A stretch of 49,221 bases of DNA, from assembly GCA_964007735.1 (NCBI GenBank), contig CAXGAI010000034.1, positions 1 through 49,221 on the forward strand, read 5' to 3'. The position numbers were made by a program, and so were the translations under genes. This document shows, piece after piece, positions 30,388 through 40,935 of the stretch. Source of the DNA: an uncultured Rhodopirellula sp. (GTDB taxonomy: Bacteria > Planctomycetota > Planctomycetia > Pirellulales > Pirellulaceae). Position 1 is the stretch's first letter. Each line of letters opens with the position of its first letter. The notes under the pieces were generated by a model. The model worked only from the letters and a program-made list of their open reading frames with translations. It was not told the origin of the DNA and did no database searches.

Positions 30388-30403
30388 CTCGTTTATTTCT
30401 CAG

Positions 30404-31414
30404 TTAGGCCCTTAGGATGCTGATCGTGTCGGCAAGATCTTTGGGATAAGGAGCCTCAAAAGTGATTGGGCTGCCGCTCATCGGGTGGGTTATCGTTAAT
30501 TTCGCTGCGTGTAACGCCTGACGCATCAAAATCGGCTCTGAATCTTTCTCGTTGGAGTCCCGACCGGTTGTTAGGAATTGATGAGTTATTGGGTTTCGTC
30601 CTCCATATAGCTTGTCGGCTAGAACGGGATAACCCAAGTGATGAAGGTGAACGCGAATCTGATGAGTACGCCCCGTTTTGGGTCTGACCTGCAGTAGAGC
30701 AACATGACGAAAGCGCTCCAATATTTGGTAAAACGACTGTGCATTACGGGCTTTAGGATGGTCACGTCGAACCGCCATTCGCTCGCGTACATAGGGATGC
30801 GGGCCAATTGGTTCGTCAATCAAGTCGCGATCACGGTCGGGTATTCCTAAGGTGAGACAGTGGTATTCTTTTTTAGTTGTCCTATGTTCAAACTGCTTTG
30901 CTATGGCTTTGTGTGATTGGTCGTTTTTTGCGACAACGATGACCCCAGTGGTGTCCCGATCAAGCCTGTGGATGATGCCGGGCCGTTCGGCACCTCCCAC
31001 TGTGCTTAATTGCTTAAAATGATGACAGAGTGCACTTACGAGCGTACCGTTCCAGTGCCCTTTGGCTGGGTGTACTACCATTTGCGAAGGCTTATTAATC
31101 GCTATTAATTCTTCGTCCTCGTAGAGGATGTCAAGAGGGATGTTTTCGGCTTGCGGCACGGTAATGGAGGGTGACGTGAGTTCGCAAACAACGGATTGTC
31201 CGCTTTTAAGTTTATAGGATGGTTTCGCGGTTCGCCCGTCAACCGTGACTTCGCCGATGACAATTGCGTTTCGCAGTTGGACCCTAGAGTATGTGGGGAT
31301 TCGTAGTGCTAAAAACTTATCGAGTCGTACCGTATCGTCTTCCGGAGCGACTTGGCAGGAGTAACGGTGCTCTATCGCCATAGCGTTAAGCCAAACTTCT
31401 ACGGCTTTGTTCAA
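30404..31414 (-). CDS. rluD: RluA-family pseudouridine synthase with S4 domain (RluD-like)
   Basis: RLDKFL (S4), NKPSQMVVHP, catalytic HRLDRDTTG, TGRTHQIRVH, RQALHA. Confidence 0.92.
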   Translation of the reverse strand: MNKAVEVWLNAMAIEHRYSCQVAPEDDTVRLDKFLALRIPTYSRVQLRNAIVIGEVTVDGRTAKPSYKLKSGQSVVCELTSPSITVPQAENIPLDILYEDEELIAINKPSQMVVHPAKGHWNGTLVSALCHHFKQLSTVGGAERPGIIHRLDRDTTGVIVVAKNDQSHKAIAKQFEHRTTKKEYHCLTLGIPDRDRDLIDEPIGPHPYVRERMAVRRDHPKARNAQSFYQILERFRHVALLQVRPKTGRTHQIRVHLHHLGYPVLADKLYGGRNPITHQFLTTGRDSNEKDSEPILMRQALHAAKLTITHPMSGSPITFEAPYPKDLADTISILRA

Positions 31415-32544
31415 TCTTCACTAGAATTTTCGTCCTTGGATTGCCCCGCATCGCCCTTGATGTCAGTTGGTGAAGTTGTTGGCTCGGAGGCGTCAGCATC
31501 ATCCAGCTGGAAATCACCGTTATCAGATGGGTTTGTGCCAGTAGGCGTGGCCTCTTCGTCGTTTGAACTATCAGGGCTATCCGGTTGAGAAGGTGAATCG
31601 GGTTGAACCGCATTCTTGGCGGCGATATAGCCGCTAATCCATGAATAGATTGCATTGCTCGGCACACCGGTCTGCAGTTCGTCCGAGGCGTCGAATTGGG
31701 ATTCAGACATTTGTTCGAAAAGCTCTAGTCGCTTGGTTATTTGTAGTCGTAATGATTGAATATCACGATCAGTGGAATCTGCATCCATGGTTTGCGTCGT
31801 GGGAAGTGCCCCGGAGGCTTCTTCTAAATATTTGATGACATTTGCCCGATTAGTGTCATAATCGTCAGTGCCCTCAAGTAATAGCTTCGCCTCGGTAACG
31901 TAGGCGGCACTGTATGAGGCGCGATAATGCCCCAAACTACGTAGGGGATGGTCGCCTTTGTCAGCTTCGCGAAAAAAGTTTAGGGCTTTATCTAAATACG
32001 TACCGGCCAACTGCAAGTTGTCCAAGCGATTTTGGATCGCCGTAGCATCTCCGGCCAGAAGGTTCGCGCGTGGCTGTGTTTGCCGAAATTGAGGTGGGAG
32101 CTGGTTCGTGTCCTCAGGGGCGATAGCGGTTGCCATAAGTGCCGATGCGATTTCGATGTTCATCCATGCCTTAGCATCTGGATTTTCCATGGATTCCGCG
32201 GTGGAACTGTAAAACGAAGGATCAAAGAGGTTTTGATTGACGGAATCGCGTAATTTAGTTACTTCACGGTTAAGCTCAGTCCAATCGGCAATAATATCTT
32301 CTGGGCCGGCCTCCACCGAAAAATTCCCAAGGATTAGTGATAACAAGACAATACTACCGATGATGATTCCGATGAGGGGTTTCGAGGAAAAAGTCTCTCG
32401 CAAACGGTCCACATTATCTTTTTCTTCGGGAGGGCTTTCCCGGCGGGTCCTATTGGAAGGAATCGGAGGCGCTGCTGCGTCTTCCTGCACGGGTGGTTGT
32501 TCGTGGATAGCTTGCTCTTCGGGCGAATTGTCGTCAGTCATCAT
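31411..32544 (-). CDS. membrane-anchored helical (TPR-like) hypothetical protein
   Basis: 377-aa ORF, single TM near the N-terminus, helical core, acidic tail; stop overlaps the rluD start. Confidence 0.75.
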   Translation of the reverse strand: MMTDDNSPEEQAIHEQPPVQEDAAAPPIPSNRTRRESPPEEKDNVDRLRETFSSKPLIGIIIGSIVLLSLILGNFSVEAGPEDIIADWTELNREVTKLRDSVNQNLFDPSFYSSTAESMENPDAKAWMNIEIASALMATAIAPEDTNQLPPQFRQTQPRANLLAGDATAIQNRLDNLQLAGTYLDKALNFFREADKGDHPLRSLGHYRASYSAAYVTEAKLLLEGTDDYDTNRANVIKYLEEASGALPTTQTMDADSTDRDIQSLRLQITKRLELFEQMSESQFDASDELQTGVPSNAIYSWISGYIAAKNAVQPDSPSQPDSPDSSNDEEATPTGTNPSDNGDFQLDDADASEPTTSPTDIKGDAGQSKDENSSED

Positions 32545-32685
32545 TTATCCATGGAATGTTGAAAGTAAGATTCAGCACGGTGTATTACACACAAGATTAT
32601 GTTATCTTTTACAACGCTTTCCGTATAGTTGGGATACAAAAACGGGTAGCGATTTGCATAAAAAAATCTTCATTTTGCGAAATCT

Positions 32686-34668
32686 ATGAACGCTGGCCTC
32701 AATGATGCACAAAAAAGTGCCGTAGAAACACTCGCCGGCCCGATGCTTGTTCTGGCGGGGGCCGGCAGTGGCAAAACGCGCGTGGTGACCTACCGGATCG
32801 CTAATTTGATACGCCACGGTATTCAGCCTTCCAGAATTCTTGCCGTCACATTTACAAAAAAGGCCGCGATGGAAATGCAACATCGCGTGGCGGATCTCAT
32901 CACTCTGGATACTTCTGACAAGCCCGAGATCTCTACATTTCATTCGCTGTGCGTGAGAATATTACGAAGGCAAATTGATCAGCTAGGTTATCCACCTAAT
33001 TTCACGATCATGGATGCCGCCGATCAAGCCTCAATCTGCCGTAAAGTCCTACGAGAAATTAGGGTTCCCGATAGCTCACTACGCCCCCGCGACTTGCAAT
33101 TTATTATCAGTCATTGGAAGAACAGGGGTATTCGGCCCGGAGCCGCTGCCAATATCGCCATCTCCGATAAAGAACATATCGGTGCTGTCGCATATCGCCG
33201 CTACCAAGATGAACTTTCACGTTGCGGCTCGGTAGATTTTGATGACCTTTTATTATTAGTTGATGAGCTATTTTTAAGCTGTCCAGAGATATGTCTTCAG
33301 GAAGCATCGAGATTCGACCATCTATTGGTGGATGAATATCAAGACACAAATGGTATCCAATACAATATCGTGAAGGGACTCGCACGGCCTCACGGGAACC
33401 TATGTGTGGTAGGTGACGATGACCAGAGTATTTATGGCTTTAGAGGTAGTGAGGTCCAACATATTCTCAACTTTTCTAAGGACTGGCCCGGTGCTTTGGA
33501 GGTGCGTTTAGAAGCAAACTATCGATCGGTTGCGAGTATCCTCGAGTTAGCCAACTCGCTGATTAGTTATAACACCGGGCGTTATGACAAAGTTCTGCGA
33601 CCCGCCCGAGCGGTTGGGAAGCGTCCCAAAATCGAACAATTTAAGGATGAAGAGCAAGAAGCTGAGCAAGTGGTAAAAGCAATTGCAATTCATATTGCAC
33701 GAGGTGACTGGAATGCACGGGAGATAGCTATTTTGTTTCGTACAAATGAACAACCCCGAGTGTTCGAACAGGAGCTTCGCAAACAGGAAATTCCATATGT
33801 CATCCTTGGCAGTAAGTCATTCTTTGACCGTAAAGAGGTCAAAGATGTCGTTAGTTACTTGCGAATTGTACAAAACCCTAAAGACGAACCCAGCATGCGA
33901 AGAATTATAAATTCACCGCCACGGGGAATTTCTAATAGCACTGTGATGAAGTTGGTGGAAATAGCAACGGAACGTGGGGTAGCGATGTGGGAGGTCATGC
34001 ATTTGGCAGAAGTTTTGCAGAATTTTGCCCCGCCCGCTAGAGACGCCATCCGAAATTTTATCGACCTCGTACGGGAAGGGCAGGCGCTCTTTAGACAATC
34101 AATAGACCAACATTCACTGCAACGTTATCTTGAACTCTGTCGTTATGAAAAGGAGGTTGAGCGCACTAGTAAAGATGAAGAAGAAAGAGCAATGCGTTGG
34201 GCATCGGTAGAAGAAGTGTTTAATGCGGTCGGAAGTTTTACCGACAATCAAAGCGAGCCGACACTAGAAAAGTTCCTTGAAGAAATCTCTCTGGCCGCGT
34301 CGGACTTGGAGGAGGATAAGGACCGACAGTTAGATAAAGATGCGGTTGCCCTTTTAACGCTTCATGCATCCAAGGGACTCGAGTATCCAGTGGTTTATAT
34401 GGTGGGCCTAGAGGAGGGTATTTTACCCCATAAACGGGCTTTGCAGTTTGAGCAGGAGGCCGTCGACGAAGAGCGGCGGTTAGCCTATGTTGGGGTCACT
34501 CGGGCGCAGGATGAATTAACGCTTTCAATGTCGCTGACACGCCGTAAATGGGGAAAAGTTTATGAACAGATCCCGAGTCGTTTTTTGTTTGAGATGATCG
34601 GCCAGGCCGATAATCCTAACTCCTACCAGAAAGGTGCTAGAGGACGAGGGTCAGCGAATGTCAAATAA
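32686..34668 (+). CDS. UvrD/Rep/PcrA superfamily 1 DNA helicase
   Basis: AGAGSGKT, TFT, TFHS, DEYQD, VGDDDQSIYGFRG, NYRS, TLHASKGLEY, EERRLAYVGVTRA; short C-terminus (Rep-like). Confidence 0.96.
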   Translation: MNAGLNDAQKSAVETLAGPMLVLAGAGSGKTRVVTYRIANLIRHGIQPSRILAVTFTKKAAMEMQHRVADLITLDTSDKPEISTFHSLCVRILRRQIDQLGYPPNFTIMDAADQASICRKVLREIRVPDSSLRPRDLQFIISHWKNRGIRPGAAANIAISDKEHIGAVAYRRYQDELSRCGSVDFDDLLLLVDELFLSCPEICLQEASRFDHLLVDEYQDTNGIQYNIVKGLARPHGNLCVVGDDDQSIYGFRGSEVQHILNFSKDWPGALEVRLEANYRSVASILELANSLISYNTGRYDKVLRPARAVGKRPKIEQFKDEEQEAEQVVKAIAIHIARGDWNAREIAILFRTNEQPRVFEQELRKQEIPYVILGSKSFFDRKEVKDVVSYLRIVQNPKDEPSMRRIINSPPRGISNSTVMKLVEIATERGVAMWEVMHLAEVLQNFAPPARDAIRNFIDLVREGQALFRQSIDQHSLQRYLELCRYEKEVERTSKDEEERAMRWASVEEVFNAVGSFTDNQSEPTLEKFLEEISLAASDLEEDKDRQLDKDAVALLTLHASKGLEYPVVYMVGLEEGILPHKRALQFEQEAVDEERRLAYVGVTRAQDELTLSMSLTRRKWGKVYEQIPSRFLFEMIGQADNPNSYQKGARGRGSANVK

Positions 34669-34767
34669 GCAAAAATTTTCAATAACTAGCATCAGGCTTT
34701 TGGCCGCGCTGATCTCAATGGCGGTTGGTTATTATTTCCTTTTTTTCTTCGGAAGATAAAGAACCTT

Positions 34768-35274
34768 ATGCGTGAAACATTAGAGATATCGGTCAGAGAG
34801 GCGTCTGCAGCGGATCACGCGGTGATTCGTGAAATTACCTTAGACGTCTTTGGTGCGACGACCTATGAGAAAAACATTGAAGATAAATACGGACGGATCG
34901 CAGGTAAAACCTGGCAATGGAGGAAAGCCCAACATTTGGAAGCGGATTTATCGGCGAAAAACGGAGTTTGTTTGGTTGCCATCTCGGATGCAAAGGTGTG
35001 TGGTTACATCACCATGTTGCTTGATGACGACTCTAAAATAGGTGTGATTGCTAATCTAGCAGTAGAAAAGCAATTATCAAATCAGGGCATAGGCCGAAGG
35101 TTATTGGAAGAAGGTAAGCAAGCCATGCGCAAGGCGGGGATGGAGATAGCAAGAATTGAGACCCTTGAGCAAAATCCGGTTGGACAACACCTTTATCCTC
35201 GAGTCGGATTTACTAAATTGGCCACTCAAATTTACTATGCGATGGATTTGCGAGAATATTGCGTAGAGAAATAA
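34768..35274 (+). CDS. GNAT family N-acetyltransferase
   Basis: NLAV...NQGIGRRLL acetyl-CoA motif; N..GQHLYPRVGF. Confidence 0.9.
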   Translation: MRETLEISVREASAADHAVIREITLDVFGATTYEKNIEDKYGRIAGKTWQWRKAQHLEADLSAKNGVCLVAISDAKVCGYITMLLDDDSKIGVIANLAVEKQLSNQGIGRRLLEEGKQAMRKAGMEIARIETLEQNPVGQHLYPRVGFTKLATQIYYAMDLREYCVEK

Positions 35275-35297
35275 GGCTCGGCAGCGTTTTATAGCGT

Positions 35298-36221
35298 TTA
35301 AGCCACGTTCGAGGATGCTTGGAGGTCAGGTCTGAGATGAATAAACGATTTACCAAGTCGTCCTCCATAATTACCGGCCGTAATCAACTCGAGGCCGTCC
35401 AAATGACAAGTGGCATCCAACGCGTTGTGCGTAGCTTTAGTTACGGTTTCTAGATCTTGTCCGTTAATAATAATTTCCATAATAGACGTAACACCGTCCG
35501 GCACTTTGGATTGAACGCCCAGTTTTGTTCGTAGTGTAGGACAAAAGTCTTCATAGGTACTGGCAAACAAAAATGGGTACTTGCTTCCCGCCTTGCTGGC
35601 GCTGGCAGCAACACCCCCGGGGAAAGTGGTGACAACCCCCAGGGTTGCATCGGCGGCTTTAGCGGCGGTATAAGCCGCGTCGATGGCAAAGTCTTGTGTG
35701 TGCCCCATGAACCACAGGTTTCCGCCCATAATGCCGTCCTTATAACCAAAACGGCGGCTGAGGACGAATTCACCTCCCATAATGGGTATCACCCAAACGG
35801 GTAACTGGTTTCGGACGTCGCGAAATTGGTGTCCGTCACCAAAATAGGCAATTTTCTTACCTAATTTAAAAAATGTGTCTGATTGTAAATGGTTAAAAAC
35901 CGTAGCAGTGGGACAGGTCAGTACATTTTGACTTAAACGCGCTATCAAGACCTTTTCAAGGTGCCGCTCTCGATTTTTTATAAAACGAGGGACATGAAAC
36001 TGACAAACGGCACCGATGCGACCGTCCGGGCTATCCTGCGGATCAACGTAGTGATCGAGGCCTGCTTCACAATCGCACATGATCGTGCTTGAAGCGTGGC
36101 CAGTTGCGGCCATGACGGCTTGATCTAACCAAAACTTATTTTTTGCTGTGATAAGTACCTCAGCGTAAATACTTCTAAATGCTTCCGCATATGTATTTTC
36201 AATTTTAACTTCGGTTCCCAT
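35298..36221 (-). CDS. fhcD: formylmethanofuran--tetrahydromethanopterin N-formyltransferase
   Basis: IENTYAEAF, ATGHASSTIMCDCEAG, SPDGR, QNVLTCPT, YFGDG, GGNLW, FPGGVAASASKAGSKY, AGNYGGRLG. Confidence 0.95.
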   Translation of the reverse strand: MGTEVKIENTYAEAFRSIYAEVLITAKNKFWLDQAVMAATGHASSTIMCDCEAGLDHYVDPQDSPDGRIGAVCQFHVPRFIKNRERHLEKVLIARLSQNVLTCPTATVFNHLQSDTFFKLGKKIAYFGDGHQFRDVRNQLPVWVIPIMGGEFVLSRRFGYKDGIMGGNLWFMGHTQDFAIDAAYTAAKAADATLGVVTTFPGGVAASASKAGSKYPFLFASTYEDFCPTLRTKLGVQSKVPDGVTSIMEIIINGQDLETVTKATHNALDATCHLDGLELITAGNYGGRLGKSFIHLRPDLQASSNVA

Positions 36222-36252
36222 AACTTCGTGTTTACTCGTTTAGCAAGAGGAA

Positions 36253-36864
36253 TTAGGCGGTACGGCCGACGCCGTTGTGGACGGTAGTTTCGGTGATGAC
36301 CTTGTCCATGAAGATATCGTGCTCCTGGACGGGGATTTCGTCAAACATCTGACAGTCAAAACAAACCGCAGTTAACGATGCATCTGGCCGAGCATGCTGT
36401 AAGCACTTGTCGTAATAACCTTTACCCATCCCTGTGCGGCCACCTTTTGAATCGAACCCGACGCCGGGCACCATGATGACGTCTAATTCTTTGACGGAGA
36501 CCTGTTTATGGGGTAATCGCCTCAATTCCTGTTTCGGTTCGAGTATTTTATACATGCCGATCTCCAACTCATCCATTGACTCCAGATGATAAAGCTCGAG
36601 TTCGCCTTCATCGTTGCACCATGGAACCACGACTTTCTTGCCACTAGCCAGTGCAGACGGGAGGTCGTGGCGCGTCCGGACTTCAGCCCTTACATCAACG
36701 TAGAACATTACAGTGGAGGCAGACTTGTATTCCTCTTGTGCCATAAAGGTGGCCATGATGGTCTGGCTGAGCTCTTTTTTGTTTTCCTGCGCTTTGCGAT
36801 TCGCAAACGCAATCTTCCGGATTTTGGACTTAAGTTCCGCACCGCCTAAGACTGATTCAGACAT
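36253..36864 (-). CDS. 5-formyltetrahydrofolate cyclo-ligase family protein
   Basis: KSKIRK, EVRT, ILEP, LDVIMVPGVGFD..GGRTGMGKGYYDK, HDIFMDKVITE; GGAGGTG RBS before ATG 36864. Confidence 0.93.
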   Translation of the reverse strand: MSESVLGGAELKSKIRKIAFANRKAQENKKELSQTIMATFMAQEEYKSASTVMFYVDVRAEVRTRHDLPSALASGKKVVVPWCNDEGELELYHLESMDELEIGMYKILEPKQELRRLPHKQVSVKELDVIMVPGVGFDSKGGRTGMGKGYYDKCLQHARPDASLTAVCFDCQMFDEIPVQEHDIFMDKVITETTVHNGVGRTA

Positions 36865-37038
36865 TCTCACCTCCATGTTTGCAGCCGAATAAGAACAGTT
36901 TCTTTTCGTACTTCAATTTGTTGATCGTAAAAAGTGGTAGATTAATACGAATGAAAAGCTAGGAATCCATTTCCCGCATGGTATTGGTTTATACCAAATC
37001 TATTTCAAAATTCAATCAAACTAAGAGGGAATGACTGA

Positions 37039-38787
37039 ATGTTGTTTCGTTGCGCAGTTTTGTTCATTGTTTACTCGCTGCATCCGGTGTTCGCTGGTCA
37101 ACTAAAAGCTGATGAGCAGGAAGTTGATTCCGTCATTAGGAAACACTGGGAATGGAATCTATCGCAAAATCCCGTCTTCGCAGGACAACTCGGTGATCGT
37201 AGTGGGGATGGCAGGCTGCCAGACGTCTCGGTATCAAATACTCTCGCATCGGCAAGACAATTACGACAATTCCTAGAGTCAGCTCGGGCTATCAAAACGT
37301 CGGAACTGTCCGCATCTTCACGTCTTAACCTAGAAATCTTCATAAGATATTTGGAAGATGAAGTCGCTGAGATAGATCATAAGGCATATCTCATACCCAT
37401 CACAAATCGCTGGGGATTTCATATTTACTTCGCTGAGCTGTATAAACGTCTACCCTTTAAGAATGAAGCTGATTATCGTAGCTATCTCGGCAGGCTGGCG
37501 GCTTTTAGTGAATATTCCAATCAAAACATGGAGCTCCTTCGAAAAGGTCTGAATGAAGGGTATGTACTGCCCCGCGTCGTATTAGAAGGATACGAACAAA
37601 CGATCTCTAGTCATATTTACGACCGGGCAAGTAAAAGTCCACTTTTCACTCCCTTTACAAAATTTCCTGAATCAATAAGTGAGCAACAGGCCGCGTCATT
37701 AGCCAAGGAAGGGGCAGATTTAATCTATAACGATGTCTTCCCTGCATATCGGGAATTCCTCCGCTTTATGGTGGAAGATTACCTTCCCTCAGCTTCGGGT
37801 TCGATCGGTGTTTCCAGTCGTCCGGCAGGTAGGGAGTTTTATCGTCATCGTGTTAGGAAATTTACAACGCTAGATGTTAGTCCGGATGAGGTTCATCAGA
37901 CCGGTTTGAATGAAGTAGCAAGGATCCGGACGGAAATGGAAGCGATTCCCCGAGAGCTTCAATTCAAAGGTGACTTCAACGACTTTTTGGATTTCTTACG
38001 TACTGATCCCCGTTTCTACCCGCCAGATGCTGAGAGTTATAAAAAAGAGGTCACCTATATTTTGAAGAAAATGGATGGTGAGTTGCCAAACCTTTTTGGA
38101 ACATTGCCGCGCACTCCCTATGGGATAAAAGAAATCCCTGCCTACATAGCGCCTAAGACGACGGCGGCTTATTATCAACCCCCATCGGCGGATGGGAAGA
38201 TCGCGGGTTTTTATTTCATTAATACCTACAACCTTAAGAGTCGCCCGCTCTATCAATTGGAGGCTCTGTCGCTGCACGAGGCGGTTCCGGGTCACCACTT
38301 GCAGTTGGCCTTGCAACAAGAGATCGATGATATGCCAAATTTCAGGAAGTTTAACGGGTTCACGGCCTTTATTGAAGGTTGGGCATTGTATGCAGAGCGT
38401 CTCGGACTTGAAGTTGGGTTCTATCAGGACCCATACAGCGATTTTGGTCGGTTAAGTTACGAAATGTGGCGGGCATGCAGATTGGTAGTAGACACCGGAA
38501 TACACTATTTTGGATGGACACGTCAGCAGTCTATTGAATACATGGTGAGAAATACCGCTTTATCACGCCATAATATTGTTGCCGAAGTCGATCGCTATAT
38601 TTCCTGGCCAGGTCAGGCTTTAGCGTACAAAATGGGAGAACTCAAAATCAGTGAACTGAGAACCCTTGCGGAAAAGCGATTAGGTGCATCGTTTGACGTT
38701 CGAGAATTCCACGACGTCGTTCTGGGAAGCGGAGCTGTCCCCCTTAACGTGTTGGAGCAGAATGTTCTGAGGTATCTCGAGAAATGA
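37039..38787 (+). CDS. DUF885 family protein (secreted, putative metallopeptidase)
   Basis: Signal peptide, HQTGLNEVARI, HEAVPGHHLQ, FIEGWALYAE, WRACRLVVDTGIH, WPGQALAYKMG. Confidence 0.93.
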   Translation: MLFRCAVLFIVYSLHPVFAGQLKADEQEVDSVIRKHWEWNLSQNPVFAGQLGDRSGDGRLPDVSVSNTLASARQLRQFLESARAIKTSELSASSRLNLEIFIRYLEDEVAEIDHKAYLIPITNRWGFHIYFAELYKRLPFKNEADYRSYLGRLAAFSEYSNQNMELLRKGLNEGYVLPRVVLEGYEQTISSHIYDRASKSPLFTPFTKFPESISEQQAASLAKEGADLIYNDVFPAYREFLRFMVEDYLPSASGSIGVSSRPAGREFYRHRVRKFTTLDVSPDEVHQTGLNEVARIRTEMEAIPRELQFKGDFNDFLDFLRTDPRFYPPDAESYKKEVTYILKKMDGELPNLFGTLPRTPYGIKEIPAYIAPKTTAAYYQPPSADGKIAGFYFINTYNLKSRPLYQLEALSLHEAVPGHHLQLALQQEIDDMPNFRKFNGFTAFIEGWALYAERLGLEVGFYQDPYSDFGRLSYEMWRACRLVVDTGIHYFGWTRQQSIEYMVRNTALSRHNIVAEVDRYISWPGQALAYKMGELKISELRTLAEKRLGASFDVREFHDVVLGSGAVPLNVLEQNVLRYLEK

Positions 38788-40060
38788 TGGGTTTGCTATA
38801 CCCGTTTATTAATTCGCGGAATCTGATCTGCAAGACCTTGATCGCTTCGGAAATTTCGATGGAAGAGTATTGTCTGCGCGAGTTGACAGACACTAATTCC
38901 AGATGGATCAGTTTCCGTAGGGCGTCATTCACGTCAAAATCTACAGGAAACGCGACCGTGTTTTCTATGAAGGATTCTGCGGCACGGTCAAGTACGCGTG
39001 CGGTAGCACCTCTAGGAAAACTTACAAGCAAAAGAGTATATGCGAGTAGGCATTCTTGAATGTCCTGTACCTCCGCTTCATTTTGCAGTTGCTGGAGGAC
39101 GCCGGTGTTATTGCCCAGACTTTGATAATAAAGATTTTTTGTAAGGTTATGTTGATACTTACTCTTCGTCCGAAAATAGCCCATGACCGTTTTGAGGGCG
39201 TATCCAGTCGTAGTAAATAATAGGCTTACTAAAGCAAATAACCCCAACGACACCACTGCGAATAGCCGGAAAATAAGGATGGCGAGCCCGGAAAGGGTGG
39301 GAAGTACAATTTTACCGCGATCGAGAAGACTCATCCTCACGGTCGTGCCAGGTAATAACATGTCGATATCATGTTGCGGTATATTTTTGAACGATTTAAT
39401 GTAAAGACAATCTGAGCGGTGTTCGTCCTTTTTCGACGCGGTGTCGGCGACCTGAAAACAAATTACGAGGCGTTGATAGAGGGGGACGTCGACCTCTTCG
39501 CGTTGATAAAAACGCGAGAGGCGACGGCGTATGCGTTTGCCAATTACCTTTCCCCGTACATAGACTCCGAGTCGTCTGAGCACAGAGAAATCCGACGTCA
39601 TGGGAATGCCGAAATCTGACGTGTTTTGTAAAGCCTCAAGGAGCTCGGACCTCGTTAATTTCTGGTAATTTGCTCGTATCATTATTTGATCGAGTTGTGC
39701 CAAGGCAACCCTGCCGTTTTCATCAGCCGTCAAACGATCCCCAGCGTTCTGCACGTGTTCTCCCTGGGTATCTGGGTCGACCTTTGCATAGTTCTCACTT
39801 AGGTCAGCATTGGAGTGATAGGATTGCATGTGGACGAATGTGTCTAGCAGTGCGCAGAACTCCTCGAATTGGTCGTGTGCCAGTCCAGATTCGACAGCCA
39901 AATTGGTCATGAGCACACGCCAATCGGCGCGCGCGACGGGAATAAAATGTTCCTGCGCCCAATGAAGTGCGTGTTCGGGTATTGTTTCCGCCTCCACTAA
40001 CGTGTCGAGGGGGTGACTAGCTGAAGGAATTGCGGAAGGTAAAAAGTTGTTCGGATCCAT
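38744..40060 (-). CDS. TMEM143/DUF3754 family membrane protein
   Basis: EHFIPV, YQRLVI, YIKSFKNIPQHDIDMLLPG, central TM pair, LYYQSLGNNTGV, VDFDVNDALRKL. Confidence 0.82.
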   Translation of the reverse strand: MDPNNFLPSAIPSASHPLDTLVEAETIPEHALHWAQEHFIPVARADWRVLMTNLAVESGLAHDQFEEFCALLDTFVHMQSYHSNADLSENYAKVDPDTQGEHVQNAGDRLTADENGRVALAQLDQIMIRANYQKLTRSELLEALQNTSDFGIPMTSDFSVLRRLGVYVRGKVIGKRIRRRLSRFYQREEVDVPLYQRLVICFQVADTASKKDEHRSDCLYIKSFKNIPQHDIDMLLPGTTVRMSLLDRGKIVLPTLSGLAILIFRLFAVVSLGLFALVSLLFTTTGYALKTVMGYFRTKSKYQHNLTKNLYYQSLGNNTGVLQQLQNEAEVQDIQECLLAYTLLLVSFPRGATARVLDRAAESFIENTVAFPVDFDVNDALRKLIHLELVSVNSRRQYSSIEISEAIKVLQIRFRELINGYSKPIISRDTSEHSAPTR

Positions 40061-40189
40061 CTTGGGACTAAATTCCGATATATTACGCCATCTTAGGGAT
40101 TGTTGGTATTATATCATCGATTTTCCCAGGAAGCAGTTTGCTTGTTGTTGTTCGGTTGTTTACCACGCGAAAACGAAAAGAGGATATGT

Positions 40190-40843
40190 ATGATTAACGC
40201 TGTCGTGTTTGATTTGGATGGCCTTATTTTTAACACTGAAGAGGTGTTTATTCATGCAACGAGTGAATTCCTGCAGCCGCTGGGATTTAATTATGATGAT
40301 CAGGTCAGGCGCCGAATGATGGGGCAGCAGGCCCACGTGTCGATACAGATATTAAAGGATCATTATGGACTGACGCATTCCGTTACGGAAATTCGTTCCG
40401 CAATAGAAAGCAACTTTATCGCCGTGCTTCCTGAAATATTAGCTGTGATGCCAGGGTTCGAAGAACTCAGAATTCATTTAATTAATAATCATATTCCTAT
40501 GGCCGTGTGTACGTCGAGTACTTCGGAATACGCCAAAAAACTCCTTGACGAGTTTGGGTATCTTGAAGAGTTTCAATTTGTGTTAGGGGCAGAAGAAGTT
40601 GAGAACGGAAAACCTGCGCCGGATTGTTATCAGCTTGCCTGTCGTCGTCTGGATTTGTTACCTGAGCAAGTGATGGTCCTCGAAGATAGTGAAAATGGAT
40701 GCAGAGCTGCAGTAGATGCTGGCACGTTCGCCGTGGCGGTGCCAGGTTCTCATAATCAGGGGCATAATTATTCTGGTGCTAGTTTGGTTGCAAAAACATT
40801 AAGTGATCCAAGGATTCGGATGGCCTTGCAAAGTTTCAAATAA
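40190..40843 (+). CDS. HAD family phosphatase (subfamily IA, beta-PGM-like)
   Basis: FDLDG, CTSS, GKPAPD, LEDSENG motifs; GAGGA RBS before ATG 40190. Confidence 0.92.
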   Translation: MINAVVFDLDGLIFNTEEVFIHATSEFLQPLGFNYDDQVRRRMMGQQAHVSIQILKDHYGLTHSVTEIRSAIESNFIAVLPEILAVMPGFEELRIHLINNHIPMAVCTSSTSEYAKKLLDEFGYLEEFQFVLGAEEVENGKPAPDCYQLACRRLDLLPEQVMVLEDSENGCRAAVDAGTFAVAVPGSHNQGHNYSGASLVAKTLSDPRIRMALQSFK

Positions 40844-40935
40844 ATTGAAAAAAGGATCTAGAGAATCAAAGGCTGAGCCGATTCACACTCTACCGAAGTC
40901 TAGTCGTGTTAGTTGTGAGAGCGGTTTTAGTCGTA

